In this document: piece after piece, positions 18,651 to 28,264 of the stretch
Layout of the letters: each line of letters opens with the position of its first letter
How positions within the stretch are numbered: the first letter of the stretch is position 1
Assembly (NCBI GenBank): GCA_050250895.1
Contig: JBFWNU010000001.1
Coordinates: 1,806,884 to 1,870,883, forward strand
Reading direction: 5' to 3'
DNA length: 64,000 nt
Source of the DNA: Vulcanimicrobiota bacterium
GTDB taxonomy: Bacteria > Vulcanimicrobiota > Xenobia > Xenobiales > JADMJV01
Made by a program: the position numbers and the translations under genes
Notes under the pieces: generated by a model
The model's input: only the letters and a program-made list of their open reading frames with translations
Databases searched by the model: none
What the model was told of the DNA's origin: nothing

Positions 18651-18878
18651 GTGAATCCGGACATCCGCGCAGAGTATCAGCAGCAGATCAACGAGCTTTT
18701 TCGTCTGGCCGACGAGGCCGAGTCCTGCGCTCGCATCATGCGCCAGCAAGCCGAGCGCTTCCAGGAGTCCCTCGATGACGGCTCCATCACCGAAGAGGCT
18801 CTCAAGTCGATGATGGAAGAACGCGAGAAGTGGACGTTGCGCTCGGATAGTCTGCGGGTCACCGACAGTCTGATGTGA
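18651..18878 (+). CDS. Small helical hypothetical protein
   Basis: 75-aa charged coiled-coil-like ORF in an otherwise unexplained gap; TACAAT upstream. Confidence 0.55.
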   Translation: MNPDIRAEYQQQINELFRLADEAESCARIMRQQAERFQESLDDGSITEEALKSMMEEREKWTLRSDSLRVTDSLM

Positions 18879-19018
18879 TCTTCTGACTGTAATCTCTGAA
18901 TCTATCCTCGATGAGTAGAGGAAGCCGTGGCTCAGGTCTCGAAAATGCGTGAGAATTTTTCAACATTTCGGTGACCGAAATTCAAATATTGTCGCCGTAA
19001 CCGTAAGGGGTTCTCGAG

Positions 19019-20275
19019 ATGGCCAGGATGGAAGTGCTCACCGCCGTCGATATTGGCACTAGCAAGGTGACCTGCATTATTGCCGAGGCGGATAGCCGTG
19101 GCGAAATCGAGGTCGCGGGTTGGGGGGTGTGCCCTTGTTCCGGGCTACGCAAGGGCGCCCTGGTCGATCCCGAACAGACTACGGCTGCCATCGAAGCGGC
19201 CGTCACCGAGGCCGAGCGTAAGGCCGGCTATAACGTGACCAACGTGCACTTGAGTTTGACCAGCGAGTATCTCAACTCGCTATCCAGTCACGGCGTGTGG
19301 GCTGTCTCCAATCAAGAGAACGAGATTGCTCCGGCCGACGTGCGCAAGGCTGTCGACGCCGCCAAGATGGTCGGTATCCCATCCGACCGCGAGATTATCC
19401 ACGTCGTTCCCCGTGGCTTCACTGTGGATGGGCACAACGGTATCCGCAATCCGGTCGGGTTGTCGGGTCTGCGGCTCGAAGTCGATACCCACGTGGTGGC
19501 GGCCAGTTCTGCCTATCTTCATAACATGTGCAAGTGCGTCCAGCGAGCTTCGCTAGAGATCGAGGAGGAGGGCCTGGTGGCCAGCCCCATCGCCTCGGGT
19601 CTGGCCGTGTTGACCGAAGAAGAGCGCAAGTTGGGCACGGCTATGATCGACATCGGTGCCGGCACGGTCGACCTTTCGGTCTATTGCGATGGCGAGATCG
19701 GGCACTCGGCCATTTTGCCGGTAGCTGGCGACCTCTTGACTCACGATCTGGCCAGGTTCTTTCGTATTCCTCCCAGCCAGGCCGAGAAGCTCAAGCTCGA
19801 GAAGGGTATCGTAGCTCCTTCTTATCTTAATTCCGATGAAGAAGAGCGCGACACGGAAACCATTGAAGCGGTTTCCCTTTCGGGTGAAGAATCCGTGGAG
19901 GTGTCGCGCTTCGAGATGGCTCAAGTGCTCGAGGCTCGGTTGCTCGATATCCTGGAGTGGGTCGGGCGCGAGCTCAAGCGGGCCGAGCAGCTCGGCCTGG
20001 TCGTCACCAGTCTGGTGATGACCGGCGGCACCTCTCAATTGCCCGGGTTGGCCAAGTTGACCCATCGCGAATTGGACATCCCTTGTCGCGTGGCCGCCCC
20101 ATGCTATCCCGCCGGGCTGCCCCAGGAGCTGGCTTCTCCGATTTACTCCACCGGCGTCGGGCTGTTGCTTTATTCGGCCTCGCGGACTCTGCTGCCAGGC
20201 GAACATGAGGTGGGCCCTTCCACCATGAAGGTATTCCTCGGGCGGGTCGGTCGGTGGTTGGCTGAAGTGTTCTAG
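19019..20275 (+). CDS. ftsA: Cell division protein FtsA
   Basis: DIGTSKV, IDIGAGT, TGGTSQLPG and C-terminal amphipathic helix (GRWLAEVF). Confidence 0.95.
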   Translation: MARMEVLTAVDIGTSKVTCIIAEADSRGEIEVAGWGVCPCSGLRKGALVDPEQTTAAIEAAVTEAERKAGYNVTNVHLSLTSEYLNSLSSHGVWAVSNQENEIAPADVRKAVDAAKMVGIPSDREIIHVVPRGFTVDGHNGIRNPVGLSGLRLEVDTHVVAASSAYLHNMCKCVQRASLEIEEEGLVASPIASGLAVLTEEERKLGTAMIDIGAGTVDLSVYCDGEIGHSAILPVAGDLLTHDLARFFRIPPSQAEKLKLEKGIVAPSYLNSDEEERDTETIEAVSLSGEESVEVSRFEMAQVLEARLLDILEWVGRELKRAEQLGLVVTSLVMTGGTSQLPGLAKLTHRELDIPCRVAAPCYPAGLPQELASPIYSTGVGLLLYSASRTLLPGEHEVGPSTMKVFLGRVGRWLAEVF

Positions 20276-20277
20276 GC

Positions 20278-20778
20278 GTGCGCTGTCCCTATTGCGACTC
20301 GCAAGAGAACCGGGTGCTCGACTCCCGTCTCACTGATGAGGGCTATTCCATCCGGCGCCGGCGCGAGTGTCCGCAGTGCAGTCGTCGTTTCACGACCTAC
20401 GAGCGGTTCGAAGAGTCTTTGCTTATGGTACTCAAAAAGGATCGCCGCCGCGAGAAATTTGACCGCGCCAAGATCTTGAGGGGGCTGGTGCGAGCCTGTG
20501 AGAAGCGGCCCGTGTCCGGCGTCGAGATCGAAGAGTTGGTGGGGGCTGTCGAGCTGCAATTTCGCAATCAGGGTTTGGGCGAGGTCTCGGGCGAGCAGAT
20601 CGGCGAGCAGGTGATGGAGCGGCTACGCAGGCTGGATGAGGTAGCCTATGTCCGCTACGCTTCGGTCTATAAAGAGTTCAAGGATGTCAGCCAGTTCGTC
20701 GAAGAACTCAAAGTGCTCGACGCCATGAGAGGAACGAAGGCTGGGGGGGATGGCCCGGGGCGCGATGATTCAGAGTAG
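20278..20778 (+). CDS. nrdR: Transcriptional repressor NrdR
   Basis: MRCPYC..VLDSR..IRRRRECPQC..RFTTYE, ATP-cone and AYVRYASVY. Confidence 0.97.
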   Translation: MRCPYCDSQENRVLDSRLTDEGYSIRRRRECPQCSRRFTTYERFEESLLMVLKKDRRREKFDRAKILRGLVRACEKRPVSGVEIEELVGAVELQFRNQGLGEVSGEQIGEQVMERLRRLDEVAYVRYASVYKEFKDVSQFVEELKVLDAMRGTKAGGDGPGRDDSE

Positions 20779-20912
20779 CCTCAAGAAATTATAAATGCAC
20801 CCCGGGCCAGACCCCTAGTTTACACTTGGGTCACCGAGCCGGTCAAGCCACAAAAGGAATGCAACCGGGAGGGGTGGAACGTGGCCGCTTACCCTGCTCA
20901 CTGGAGGGGCCA

Positions 20913-21731
20913 TTGCTGGCAAAAAAAATTGAAGAAGCGGTGGCGGCGGTTCGGCAACGTAGTGACGTGGTTGCCCATGCCGGCGTGATTCTAGGCTCAG
21001 GTTTGGGTCGCTTCGCCGACGAGGTGGAAGAAAGCGTTTCTATCCGCTTCGAGGATATCCCGCATTTCCCCGCCAGCACCGTATCGGGTCACGCTGGCGA
21101 ACTGGTGCTCGGCAAGTTTCACGGCCGGGGCGTGGCCGTCATGCGGGGGCGCGTTCACTATTATGAGGGCTACTCCATGCAGGAGATCACCTTTCCCGTT
21201 CGGGTGATGCGCGCCCTGGGGGCGGGTCTGCTGTTCGTCACCAACTCTTGTGGCGGCTTGCATCCCAAGTTTTTGCCAGGCGATCTGATGCTGATCGCCG
21301 ACCATATCAACATGATGGGCGACAATCCGTTGATTGGTCTCAATGATGAGCGTCTCGGGCCGCGCTTCCCACCCATGTCGCGGGCCTATGACGCCGACCT
21401 CCGCAAGTTGGCTCACGACGTGGCCTGCCATAACGGCATCAAGCTGCAAGAGGGGGTCTATTGCGCGCTCTCGGGGCCGAGCTACGAGACGCCAGCGGAG
21501 ATTCGCTTCTTTGAACGGATCGGAGCAGACGCGGTCGGAATGTCGACCGTTCCAGAGGTGATCGTGGCCAAGCACGCCGGCATGCGGGTGGTTGGTATCG
21601 CTTGTGTCACCAATGTGCTCCATCAGGGGCCCTCCAACGATACCCACGAAGATGTGCTCGAGGCTGCCGCCGGGGCCAGCACTCCGCTGCTGACTCTGGC
21701 TAAAGGCATTTTGGAACAGATGCCTCAATGA
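20913..21731 (+). CDS. punA: Purine-nucleoside phosphorylase (trimeric type)
   Basis: ILGSGLG, GRVHYYEG, GPSYETPAE and GMSTVPE; TTG start with GGAGG RBS. Confidence 0.93.
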   Translation: MLAKKIEEAVAAVRQRSDVVAHAGVILGSGLGRFADEVEESVSIRFEDIPHFPASTVSGHAGELVLGKFHGRGVAVMRGRVHYYEGYSMQEITFPVRVMRALGAGLLFVTNSCGGLHPKFLPGDLMLIADHINMMGDNPLIGLNDERLGPRFPPMSRAYDADLRKLAHDVACHNGIKLQEGVYCALSGPSYETPAEIRFFERIGADAVGMSTVPEVIVAKHAGMRVVGIACVTNVLHQGPSNDTHEDVLEAAAGASTPLLTLAKGILEQMPQ

Positions 21732-23032
21732 ATCCGGTTGCCCTGATTCGCCACAAGCGGGACGGGAAGGCCCATACCCGCGAAGAGATTCAGGCGATCG
21801 TGGATGGGATTGTCGACGGTTCGATGGATAGTTATCAGACGGCTGCCTGGCTGATGGCTGTCTGGTTTCAGGGGATGACCGACGAGGAGACGGGCTGGTT
21901 GACCCAGGCCATGATCGATTCGGGCGACACGGTCGACCTGAGTTCCATTCCCGGTATCAAGGTCGACAAGCATTCGACCGGAGGAGTCGGGGATACTACC
22001 ACGCTGGTGTTAGCGCCTCTGGTTGCGGCGGCCGGTGCCAAGGTGGCCAAGATGTCGGGTCGGGGGCTGGGGCATACAGGGGGCACCCTCGACAAGATGG
22101 AGGCGGTCGGTCTGTCGGTCGACCTGGATAGTCAGCGTTTTCTGCAGCAAGTGCGCGACCTTGGGGTGGCGGTCATCAGCCAGACCAAGAAATTGGTGCC
22201 GGCTGATGGAATTCTCTATGGCTTGCGCGACGTGACGGCAACGATTGACTCGGTGCCCCTCATCGCCTCGTCGGTCATGAGCAAAAAGTTGGCTTGTGGG
22301 GCCGATGCGATTTTGCTGGATGTCAAGTTTGGCGACGGAGCCTTTATGCCCGACCTCGAGTCGGGCCGACGCCTGGCCCACTGCATGGTCGCTATCGGTA
22401 ATCGCCTGGGGCGGCGTGTTCGCGCGGCCCTTTCAGACATGGATTGTCCGCTCGGGACCCATATCGGCAACGCTCTGGAGTTTCGCGAAGCGATCGAGAT
22501 TTTGCGGGGTGAGCACGGCGACTCGGCCCTGGCCAGGGTCGCTCTTGAGCTGGCTGCACAGCTGGTGTTCATGGCGGACCTGACCGACGATCTCGAGGCG
22601 GCCCAGGCCCGCGTGCGCCAGTTGGTAGAGGATGGCTCGGCCCTCAAGCGCATGCGCGAATGGATCGCCGCCCAGGACGGCGACCCCAACATGGTGGACG
22701 ATCTCGGGCTGTTGCCGAAAGCTGCCGAGTGCGAGATTCTGACAGCCGAAGCGGCCGGCTTTGTGACCCGGATGCAGGCTCGCCAGATTGGGGAGGCGGC
22801 CATGGCTCTGGGAGCTGGGCGAGTGCGCAAAACAGACCCCGTCGATCCCGCGGTGGGAGTGGTCTTGTTGGTCGAGCCGGGGCAGACGGTAGAAAAGGGG
22901 CAGCCTCTGGCTGAGCTCCACTCCAACGATTCCAAACGGACGAGCCAGGCCCGGCAGGCCTTGCGAGAAGCTGTCGCTATCGGCAAAGAGGCCCCGCCGC
23001 CCAGGCAGTTGATCCGCGAGTTTATCGGCTGA
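21728..23032 (+). CDS. pdp: Pyrimidine-nucleoside/thymidine phosphorylase
   Basis: DKHSTGGVGD, KMSGRGLGHTGGTLDK and SVMSKK. Confidence 0.95.
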   Translation: MNPVALIRHKRDGKAHTREEIQAIVDGIVDGSMDSYQTAAWLMAVWFQGMTDEETGWLTQAMIDSGDTVDLSSIPGIKVDKHSTGGVGDTTTLVLAPLVAAAGAKVAKMSGRGLGHTGGTLDKMEAVGLSVDLDSQRFLQQVRDLGVAVISQTKKLVPADGILYGLRDVTATIDSVPLIASSVMSKKLACGADAILLDVKFGDGAFMPDLESGRRLAHCMVAIGNRLGRRVRAALSDMDCPLGTHIGNALEFREAIEILRGEHGDSALARVALELAAQLVFMADLTDDLEAAQARVRQLVEDGSALKRMREWIAAQDGDPNMVDDLGLLPKAAECEILTAEAAGFVTRMQARQIGEAAMALGAGRVRKTDPVDPAVGVVLLVEPGQTVEKGQPLAELHSNDSKRTSQARQALREAVAIGKEAPPPRQLIREFIG

Positions 23033-23253
23033 GCGAGGCGGCGTTCCCTCCCTAAAAAGGATTCCCTCTGGCGATCGCCGAATTTTTCCGACAAGAACTG
23101 CTGATGCGTCGAGACAGACGTGACTGATTGTCCTGCGGCCGCCGGGGTGAGGCTTTCGGCCCCCCGATTTGTATAACTACCTTCTTACGCGGCAGGCGGA
23201 GACGTAACTGGGTTCGGCCCACGGCACTTCGAAATTTTTTACCGAGGTAGAAT

Positions 23254-25176
23254 ATGTCTCGTTACCGAGCCGTTCGCGGCACCTTTGACCTACTGCCAGA
23301 GCAGTTAGGGGCCTGGCATCATCTTGAGCAGGCAGCTCGACGCCTTTCCCACAACTACGGCTATGCCGAAATCAGGACCCCACTCTTCGAAGAAGCTGAG
23401 CTTTTTACCCGGGGTATGGGAGTATTGGCCGGCATCGTCGAGCGAGAGTTGTGGACCTTTCATGACAAGTTCGGCAAAAAACTCGCCCTGAGGGCCGATA
23501 TGACCACGGGAGTGGTGCGGGCCTTCCAGGAGCACAAGGGTGAGGCCGAAGGCCAACCTTTCAAAGTCTTCTATCTGGCACCCGTCTTTCTTCTGGGCAA
23601 GGATTCTGAGGAAGGCAGTCGCCAATCTCACCAGTTCGGAGTCGAGGCTATCGGTTCTGACAACCCGGCTCTCGACGCCGAGATGGTGGCTCTCGCTTCA
23701 GCCTTCTGCAACGAGATCGGGCTGGAAGGCCACAAGGTCGAGTTGAACTCGCTGGGTGGAGATAAGTGCCGTCCCCTCTATCACAAAAAGCTCAAAGACT
23801 ATTTCACTACTCATCAGAACGAGTTGTGCGCCACGTGCAAACGCAAGTTCAAAGCCCATCCGGCCTGGGTGCTTTCTTGTGAAGATCCCGCTTGTGTGGC
23901 CCTTTCTCAGGTCGCTCCCACCATCTATGGAATGCTCTCGAGCGACTGTAAGGCACACTTCAATACCCTCAAAGAGTATCTCAAAGAACTCGATATCAAC
24001 TTCGAACTCAATCCCCGAGTGGTGCGAGACCTCGAATACTACAACCGAACCGTGTTTCAGATTCGTTGCGGCGGCAAAGTGGTGGCCTTCGGCGGTCGTT
24101 ACGACGGCCTGGTCGAGGCTCTGGGGGGTAAGGCTACCCCTGGAGTGGGTTTTGCCGTCAATATCGAGACTGCTATCGACGTCTTGGGCAGCAACGCTAG
24201 AGAAGAAGATGTCGAGGGTCTTCAGGTCCTGCTCGACCCCGAGGGTCCAGAATCGACCAAGGTGATGGTGCCTGTCCTGGCCAGGCTGCGCCGAGCCGGA
24301 GTTCGCGCGGAGATGCGCTACGGACGCAGCGGCGCCGCTCTGCGTAAAAGCGCCCGCATCGTGGTCAAGCTCAATGAAGCCAACGCTTTTCGCGGTCACG
24401 CTATGCTCGAGGACTCGGAAGGCAGCGGCGACAAATTGCCGGCCGGTCGCCTGGGCGAGAAACTGTTGGCCTATCTCGGCGTAGACGAAGACTCTGGTAG
24501 CGGGGGCGGTTCTGATCGAGGTGGACGGCGCAAACTGTCGCGTCGTCCCCGCAAAGGGCGCGGAGAAGAGCGCGAGAGGGACCGCGACCGTGACAGGGAC
24601 CGTGACAGAGACCGAGACCGTGACAGAGATCGTGACCGTGACAGAGATCGTGACCGTGACAGAGACCGAGACCGTGACCGGGATCGCGACAAAGACCGTG
24701 ATCGAGACCGGGATCGAGACAAAGACCGTGACCGCGACAAAGACCGCGACCGCTCGCGTTCACGGGGCGGTCGGTCGAACGAGGCTGCCAACGAGCAGCG
24801 GGAACGGCCCGACGAGGATGAGGGACGTCGGCGCAAGCGCGGCCGTCGCCGCAAACAGGCCGAGGAGGAAGGTCGTCGCCCCGACGAACCAGCCGCTCCC
24901 CCGCGTCGCCAGGCCGAAACCGAGAAGGCATTCATCCCCTCACTGATGTTGGCCAATGTCGACGCCGAGCCGCTGCCGCGAGCCCCGCGTCCCAAGCCGA
25001 GCCGTCGTGATGAGCCGGCTTCAGAGCATGTTCCCGAGATGACCTCGGGTTTGAGTTGGTCGATCATGCCGGCCGCGCCGGCTCGCGGTGAAGGGAAGGA
25101 AGACTCGCCGTCGGGCGATAATTCCCGCCGGCGCAGCCGCTCCCGAAGCGCTGCTTCGAAGGAATCCGAAGAATGA
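23254..25176 (+). CDS. Histidyl-tRNA synthetase-like protein with degenerate active site and long low-complexity RD/RS-rich tail
   Basis: RGTFDLLP, YGYAEIRTPLFE and GGRYDGL are retained, but the motif 2 and motif 3 arginines appear substituted; about 230-aa charged tail. Confidence 0.85.
   Translation: MSRYRAVRGTFDLLPEQLGAWHHLEQAARRLSHNYGYAEIRTPLFEEAELFTRGMGVLAGIVERELWTFHDKFGKKLALRADMTTGVVRAFQEHKGEAEGQPFKVFYLAPVFLLGKDSEEGSRQSHQFGVEAIGSDNPALDAEMVALASAFCNEIGLEGHKVELNSLGGDKCRPLYHKKLKDYFTTHQNELCATCKRKFKAHPAWVLSCEDPACVALSQVAPTIYGMLSSDCKAHFNTLKEYLKELDINFELNPRVVRDLEYYNRTVFQIRCGGKVVAFGGRYDGLVEALGGKATPGVGFAVNIETAIDVLGSNAREEDVEGLQVLLDPEGPESTKVMVPVLARLRRAGVRAEMRYGRSGAALRKSARIVVKLNEANAFRGHAMLEDSEGSGDKLPAGRLGEKLLAYLGVDEDSGSGGGSDRGGRRKLSRRPRKGRGEERERDRDRDRDRDRDRDRDRDRDRDRDRDRDRDRDRDRDRDKDRDRDRDRDKDRDRDKDRDRSRSRGGRSNEAANEQRERPDEDEGRRRKRGRRRKQAEEEGRRPDEPAAPPRRQAETEKAFIPSLMLANVDAEPLPRAPRPKPSRRDEPASEHVPEMTSGLSWSIMPAAPARGEGKEDSPSGDNSRRRSRSRSAASKESEE
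24568..24753 (+). repeat. Coding tandem repeat encoding about 30 Arg/Lys-Asp dipeptides
   Basis: GACCGTGACAGAGAT/GACCGAGAC-type units with varied synonymous codons. Confidence 0.9.
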
Positions 25177-25637
25177 ACAAGACCGTCGAGTTAACCCGTC
25201 AATTGGCCGAGATCGCGAAAGCCAACGACCTGGCTGAGTTGGAATTTCAAGAGGGCGACGTGCGCATTCACATCGTGCTCGAGACCGAGGCTGCTGTCGC
25301 GGCAGCCGTGCCGCAGGTGGTCCTGGCTCACGGTCATCCGATGGCGGGGCCGGCCCCGGTGGCTCAGGCGCCTGCCGCCGAGCCGGCGGCACCGGCGATC
25401 GAGGGTGATACCATCGACTCGCCCCTACCCGGGGTCTTCTACCGCGCTTCCCGACCCGGAGCCCCGGCTTTCGTCGAGGAAGGGCAACAGGTTGCGCCGG
25501 GTCAGACGCTGTGTATTGTCGAGGCGATGAAGCTGATGAACGAGATTTCAGCCGAACGCCCCGGCAAGATCATGAAGATCCTGGTCGCCAACGGCGATGC
25601 CGTCGAAGAAGGCCAACCCCTCTTCGTTATCGCGTGA
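25173..25637 (+). CDS. accB: Acetyl-CoA carboxylase biotin carboxyl carrier protein
   Basis: SPLPGVFYR, IVEAMKLMNEI biotinylation site and an Ala/Pro linker. Confidence 0.95.
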   Translation: MNKTVELTRQLAEIAKANDLAELEFQEGDVRIHIVLETEAAVAAAVPQVVLAHGHPMAGPAPVAQAPAAEPAAPAIEGDTIDSPLPGVFYRASRPGAPAFVEEGQQVAPGQTLCIVEAMKLMNEISAERPGKIMKILVANGDAVEEGQPLFVIA

Positions 25638-25778
25638 GCAGGGAGCGCCGACGCTGTCGGCGAGCAGAGGAGCCGTGCGCTTCGCGCGGAGCTTTCGGCC
25701 TGCGGCCGACAGGGAGCGCGGCTGACGCCGCTAGAAGTTCTTTCCGGAGGGAGCGGCAGCGACCGACGCTCCTTTCCC
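25638..25778 (-). repeat. Modular palindromic intergenic element, copy A
   Basis: Its reverse complement closely matches 29054-29128 (..CCGCTCCCTCCG..CGGCGTCAGCCGCGCTCCCTGTCGGCCGCA..GGCCGA). Confidence 0.85.
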
Positions 25779-25899
25779 GCCAGCCAAAAACGAGCCGTTT
25801 CCTTGAAATATTTTCAGAAGTGGCCCTTGTTCGGCAGGATGGAACGATCCCCAGGGTTAAGGCTTTCATACACACTTCGCGTAGTGGAAAGCAGGGTAG

Positions 25900-28062
25900 A
25901 TGTTGGTATTCGGCCGCCTTGGCAAAAGGGTCAAGAACATCCTCGGTAGAGATTTCGATCTGGAGGGGCTCACCCAGGCTCGACGTCAAGAACGACAGGG
26001 TTTGACGATCGAAGACGAAGAGCTGTATTGCCTTCTCCGGCCGGCCACGGCCGCCCTCGAAAAGGCCCGCACCGAGGCCGGGCGCGGCGAGATGGGTGCG
26101 GCTGCTCAGGCTTTGTCCGAGCATTTTTGCGAGCGGGTGCGGCCGGTCGTGTTCGCGCACCAGGCTCACGGCGCGGCGCTGGTTCCTCAGTTTCGCGAGA
26201 ATCGCCACCTTTGGAAGGCTTTGCTGGTTGCAGCCGAGCGGGCCATGAGCCACGAGTTCACCCCACTCGAGGGCGAGCCATTCAGCTTCGGGACTTCCAT
26301 CGATTGGTTCAGCGACTTTCAGGGGCGCTCCTGGATTTTCGGGCACGTGGCCGACCTGCAAGACCGACTCAAGCGTGAGAGTCTCGACGGCATGGGCCCG
26401 GTCGAGCGCACCTGGGACTTCAATCGGCACGGCCACTTTGTCGACCTGGCCCGGGCCTACTGGCTTAGCCGTCAGGAGTCGCTGGTGGGAGAATTCCTGG
26501 TCCAGGCTGCCGATTGGGCCGAACGAAATCCTTGCATGGGCGGCATCAACTGGCTCTGCCCGACCACCAACGCGGCGCGCGCCGTCAACTGGCTGGTAAG
26601 CTTTCATTTCATGCTGGGCTCGCCCCAGTTGCGCGGCGAACCCACCGTGCGCTTGTTGCGCCAGTTGATCCTCCACGGTGCGATTCTCAACGATTGCCTG
26701 CTGATCCGGCGCAAGAAGGGTCGACTGGCCATGGCCAGCGCCCTGACCATGCTGGCTTTGAGTTTCCCCGAGTTGACCTGTGCGCGTCGCTGGCTCGAGG
26801 TGGGCACCGCCTTTTTGCTCGATACTATCGACCGCGATTTCGAGGATGGGGGCTTTCATCGTTCGGGCTCGTCGGCCCGCCACCGTGAGGCGGTCGAGTG
26901 GTTGCTTCTGCCGCTGGCCCTCTATCGGCTCAACCGCTGCAGCCCTCCGCCCGGATTGGCCGAAGCGGCCCATCAGGCTGTATCGGTGATGGCTCTGTGC
27001 ACTCCCGCCCACGGGCAGCCCCCTGAGCTGGGAGCCACCTGGGCCAATCAGTTCTTGGGCCGGGGCGTTACCTCGGTGGGCCACACCCGCCGTTTGATGG
27101 CCCTCGGGGCGCTGGTGTGCGAGCGCGCCGACCTGCCCTTGCCGACGGAGTTCCCGGTCGAATTGTTGTGGTGGCTGGGTCCCGAGGCTCAACAACGCTG
27201 GACCCAGCTGCAGGCCACTCCCGGACAGACCCTTTCGGGGGCCTATTCTCAGGCCGGGATAGCCGTGGTGCGCAACCATTGGGAGGGGAATGCCAGCTGG
27301 GCCCTTCTGCGGGGACGGCCGCGGGCGCTCGAGCCCGATCTGATGGCACCCGCTCCGGCCAGTCTGCCGACCCATGACGATTTTCTCAGTCTCAACCTTA
27401 GTCTCGAGGGCGAGCCCGTCCTGCTGGAGCCGGGCGCTCCCGTTGCGCCTGGCTCGGTGCGGATGGCATTTTCTCGGGTCGCCGCTCACTCTTCGCCGCG
27501 AGTGGCTCGCGAGCGAGAGCCTTTGACCCTGGGTCGGTCCGGTGAAGAAGGAGCGACCCTGCGCAAGGTTCCTGAGGGCACCTATCTGGGTGCCTCGCGG
27601 CCCGTCTGGCTCATGCCCGACCGACCCTGGGAATTGACTCGCGAGGTTCTGTTCATGCCGGGCAGGAAGCACATCGCCATTCGGGATCAACTCGACGGCG
27701 AAGGCGAGTTGCACTTTGAGTCCTCGCTTTTGCTTTCATCCCATCTCGATGTTTTGATGCGAGGTGACATGGGCTGCCTGTTGCGAGGTAAGCAGCTGCA
27801 AGCCCGCATTGTTCCCATCTTTCCGACCCGGTTTCGTTACGATCTGGTGCGAGGCTGCGCCAATCCCTTCGGAGGCTGGGTTTGGTCTGGAAAACCGCAG
27901 GGGGTCCATCGACTGCGCTATTTCACGCGGATCGAGGCCCCCTTCACGGTTTATCTCTGGCTGGCCTGGAACCCCAACGACACCAAAGTGCCCCGGGTAG
28001 AAGAGCTTGACCGGTTGTTTGCTCAGGCCCGGCGCGCCCCGGTGCCGGTCGGGGCTCGCTAA
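25900..28062 (+). CDS. Heparinase II/III-family (alginate-lyase-like) protein
   Basis: WDFNRHGHFVDLARAYW, W..NP..GINW, DGGFH and THDDFLSLNL. Confidence 0.8.
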   Translation: MLVFGRLGKRVKNILGRDFDLEGLTQARRQERQGLTIEDEELYCLLRPATAALEKARTEAGRGEMGAAAQALSEHFCERVRPVVFAHQAHGAALVPQFRENRHLWKALLVAAERAMSHEFTPLEGEPFSFGTSIDWFSDFQGRSWIFGHVADLQDRLKRESLDGMGPVERTWDFNRHGHFVDLARAYWLSRQESLVGEFLVQAADWAERNPCMGGINWLCPTTNAARAVNWLVSFHFMLGSPQLRGEPTVRLLRQLILHGAILNDCLLIRRKKGRLAMASALTMLALSFPELTCARRWLEVGTAFLLDTIDRDFEDGGFHRSGSSARHREAVEWLLLPLALYRLNRCSPPPGLAEAAHQAVSVMALCTPAHGQPPELGATWANQFLGRGVTSVGHTRRLMALGALVCERADLPLPTEFPVELLWWLGPEAQQRWTQLQATPGQTLSGAYSQAGIAVVRNHWEGNASWALLRGRPRALEPDLMAPAPASLPTHDDFLSLNLSLEGEPVLLEPGAPVAPGSVRMAFSRVAAHSSPRVAREREPLTLGRSGEEGATLRKVPEGTYLGASRPVWLMPDRPWELTREVLFMPGRKHIAIRDQLDGEGELHFESSLLLSSHLDVLMRGDMGCLLRGKQLQARIVPIFPTRFRYDLVRGCANPFGGWVWSGKPQGVHRLRYFTRIEAPFTVYLWLAWNPNDTKVPRVEELDRLFAQARRAPVPVGAR

Positions 28063-28066
28063 AGGC

Positions 28067-28264
28067 CTAGCCGAAGACCTTGCCGGCCTGACGGCGTAGC
28101 TGCAGGCGCTGATAGGTTCCCAGGCGTTCCCAGGCCACCGGGGTGGTTCCCTTCAGGTGAATCTGGCGAACGCCTGGCAGGGGCGGGGTCGGAGAGGGCG
28201 TGGCCGCCGGGGCAGGGGCCAACACCAGCAACACTAGAAGCAGTAGCCAGGGACGCAGGCTCAT
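28067..28264 (-). CDS. Short secreted hypothetical protein
   Basis: ATGA overlap with the upstream stop; signal peptide and Pro-rich linker. Confidence 0.5.
   Translation of the reverse strand: MSLRPWLLLLVLLVLAPAPAATPSPTPPLPGVRQIHLKGTTPVAWERLGTYQRLQLRRQAGKVFG

Noticed and set aside
23033-23253. T-box riboswitch upstream of the hisS-like gene
   Set aside because: No T-box sequence (TGGnACC), specifier loop or terminator/antiterminator could be identified.
24568-24753. Tandem repeat as a possible CRISPR array
   Set aside because: The period is 6/18 nt with no unique spacers; it is in-frame coding for Arg-Asp dipeptides.
25627-27714. 695-aa minus-strand ORF
   Set aside because: Antisense shadow of the heparinase-like gene with no motifs; expected in high-GC DNA.
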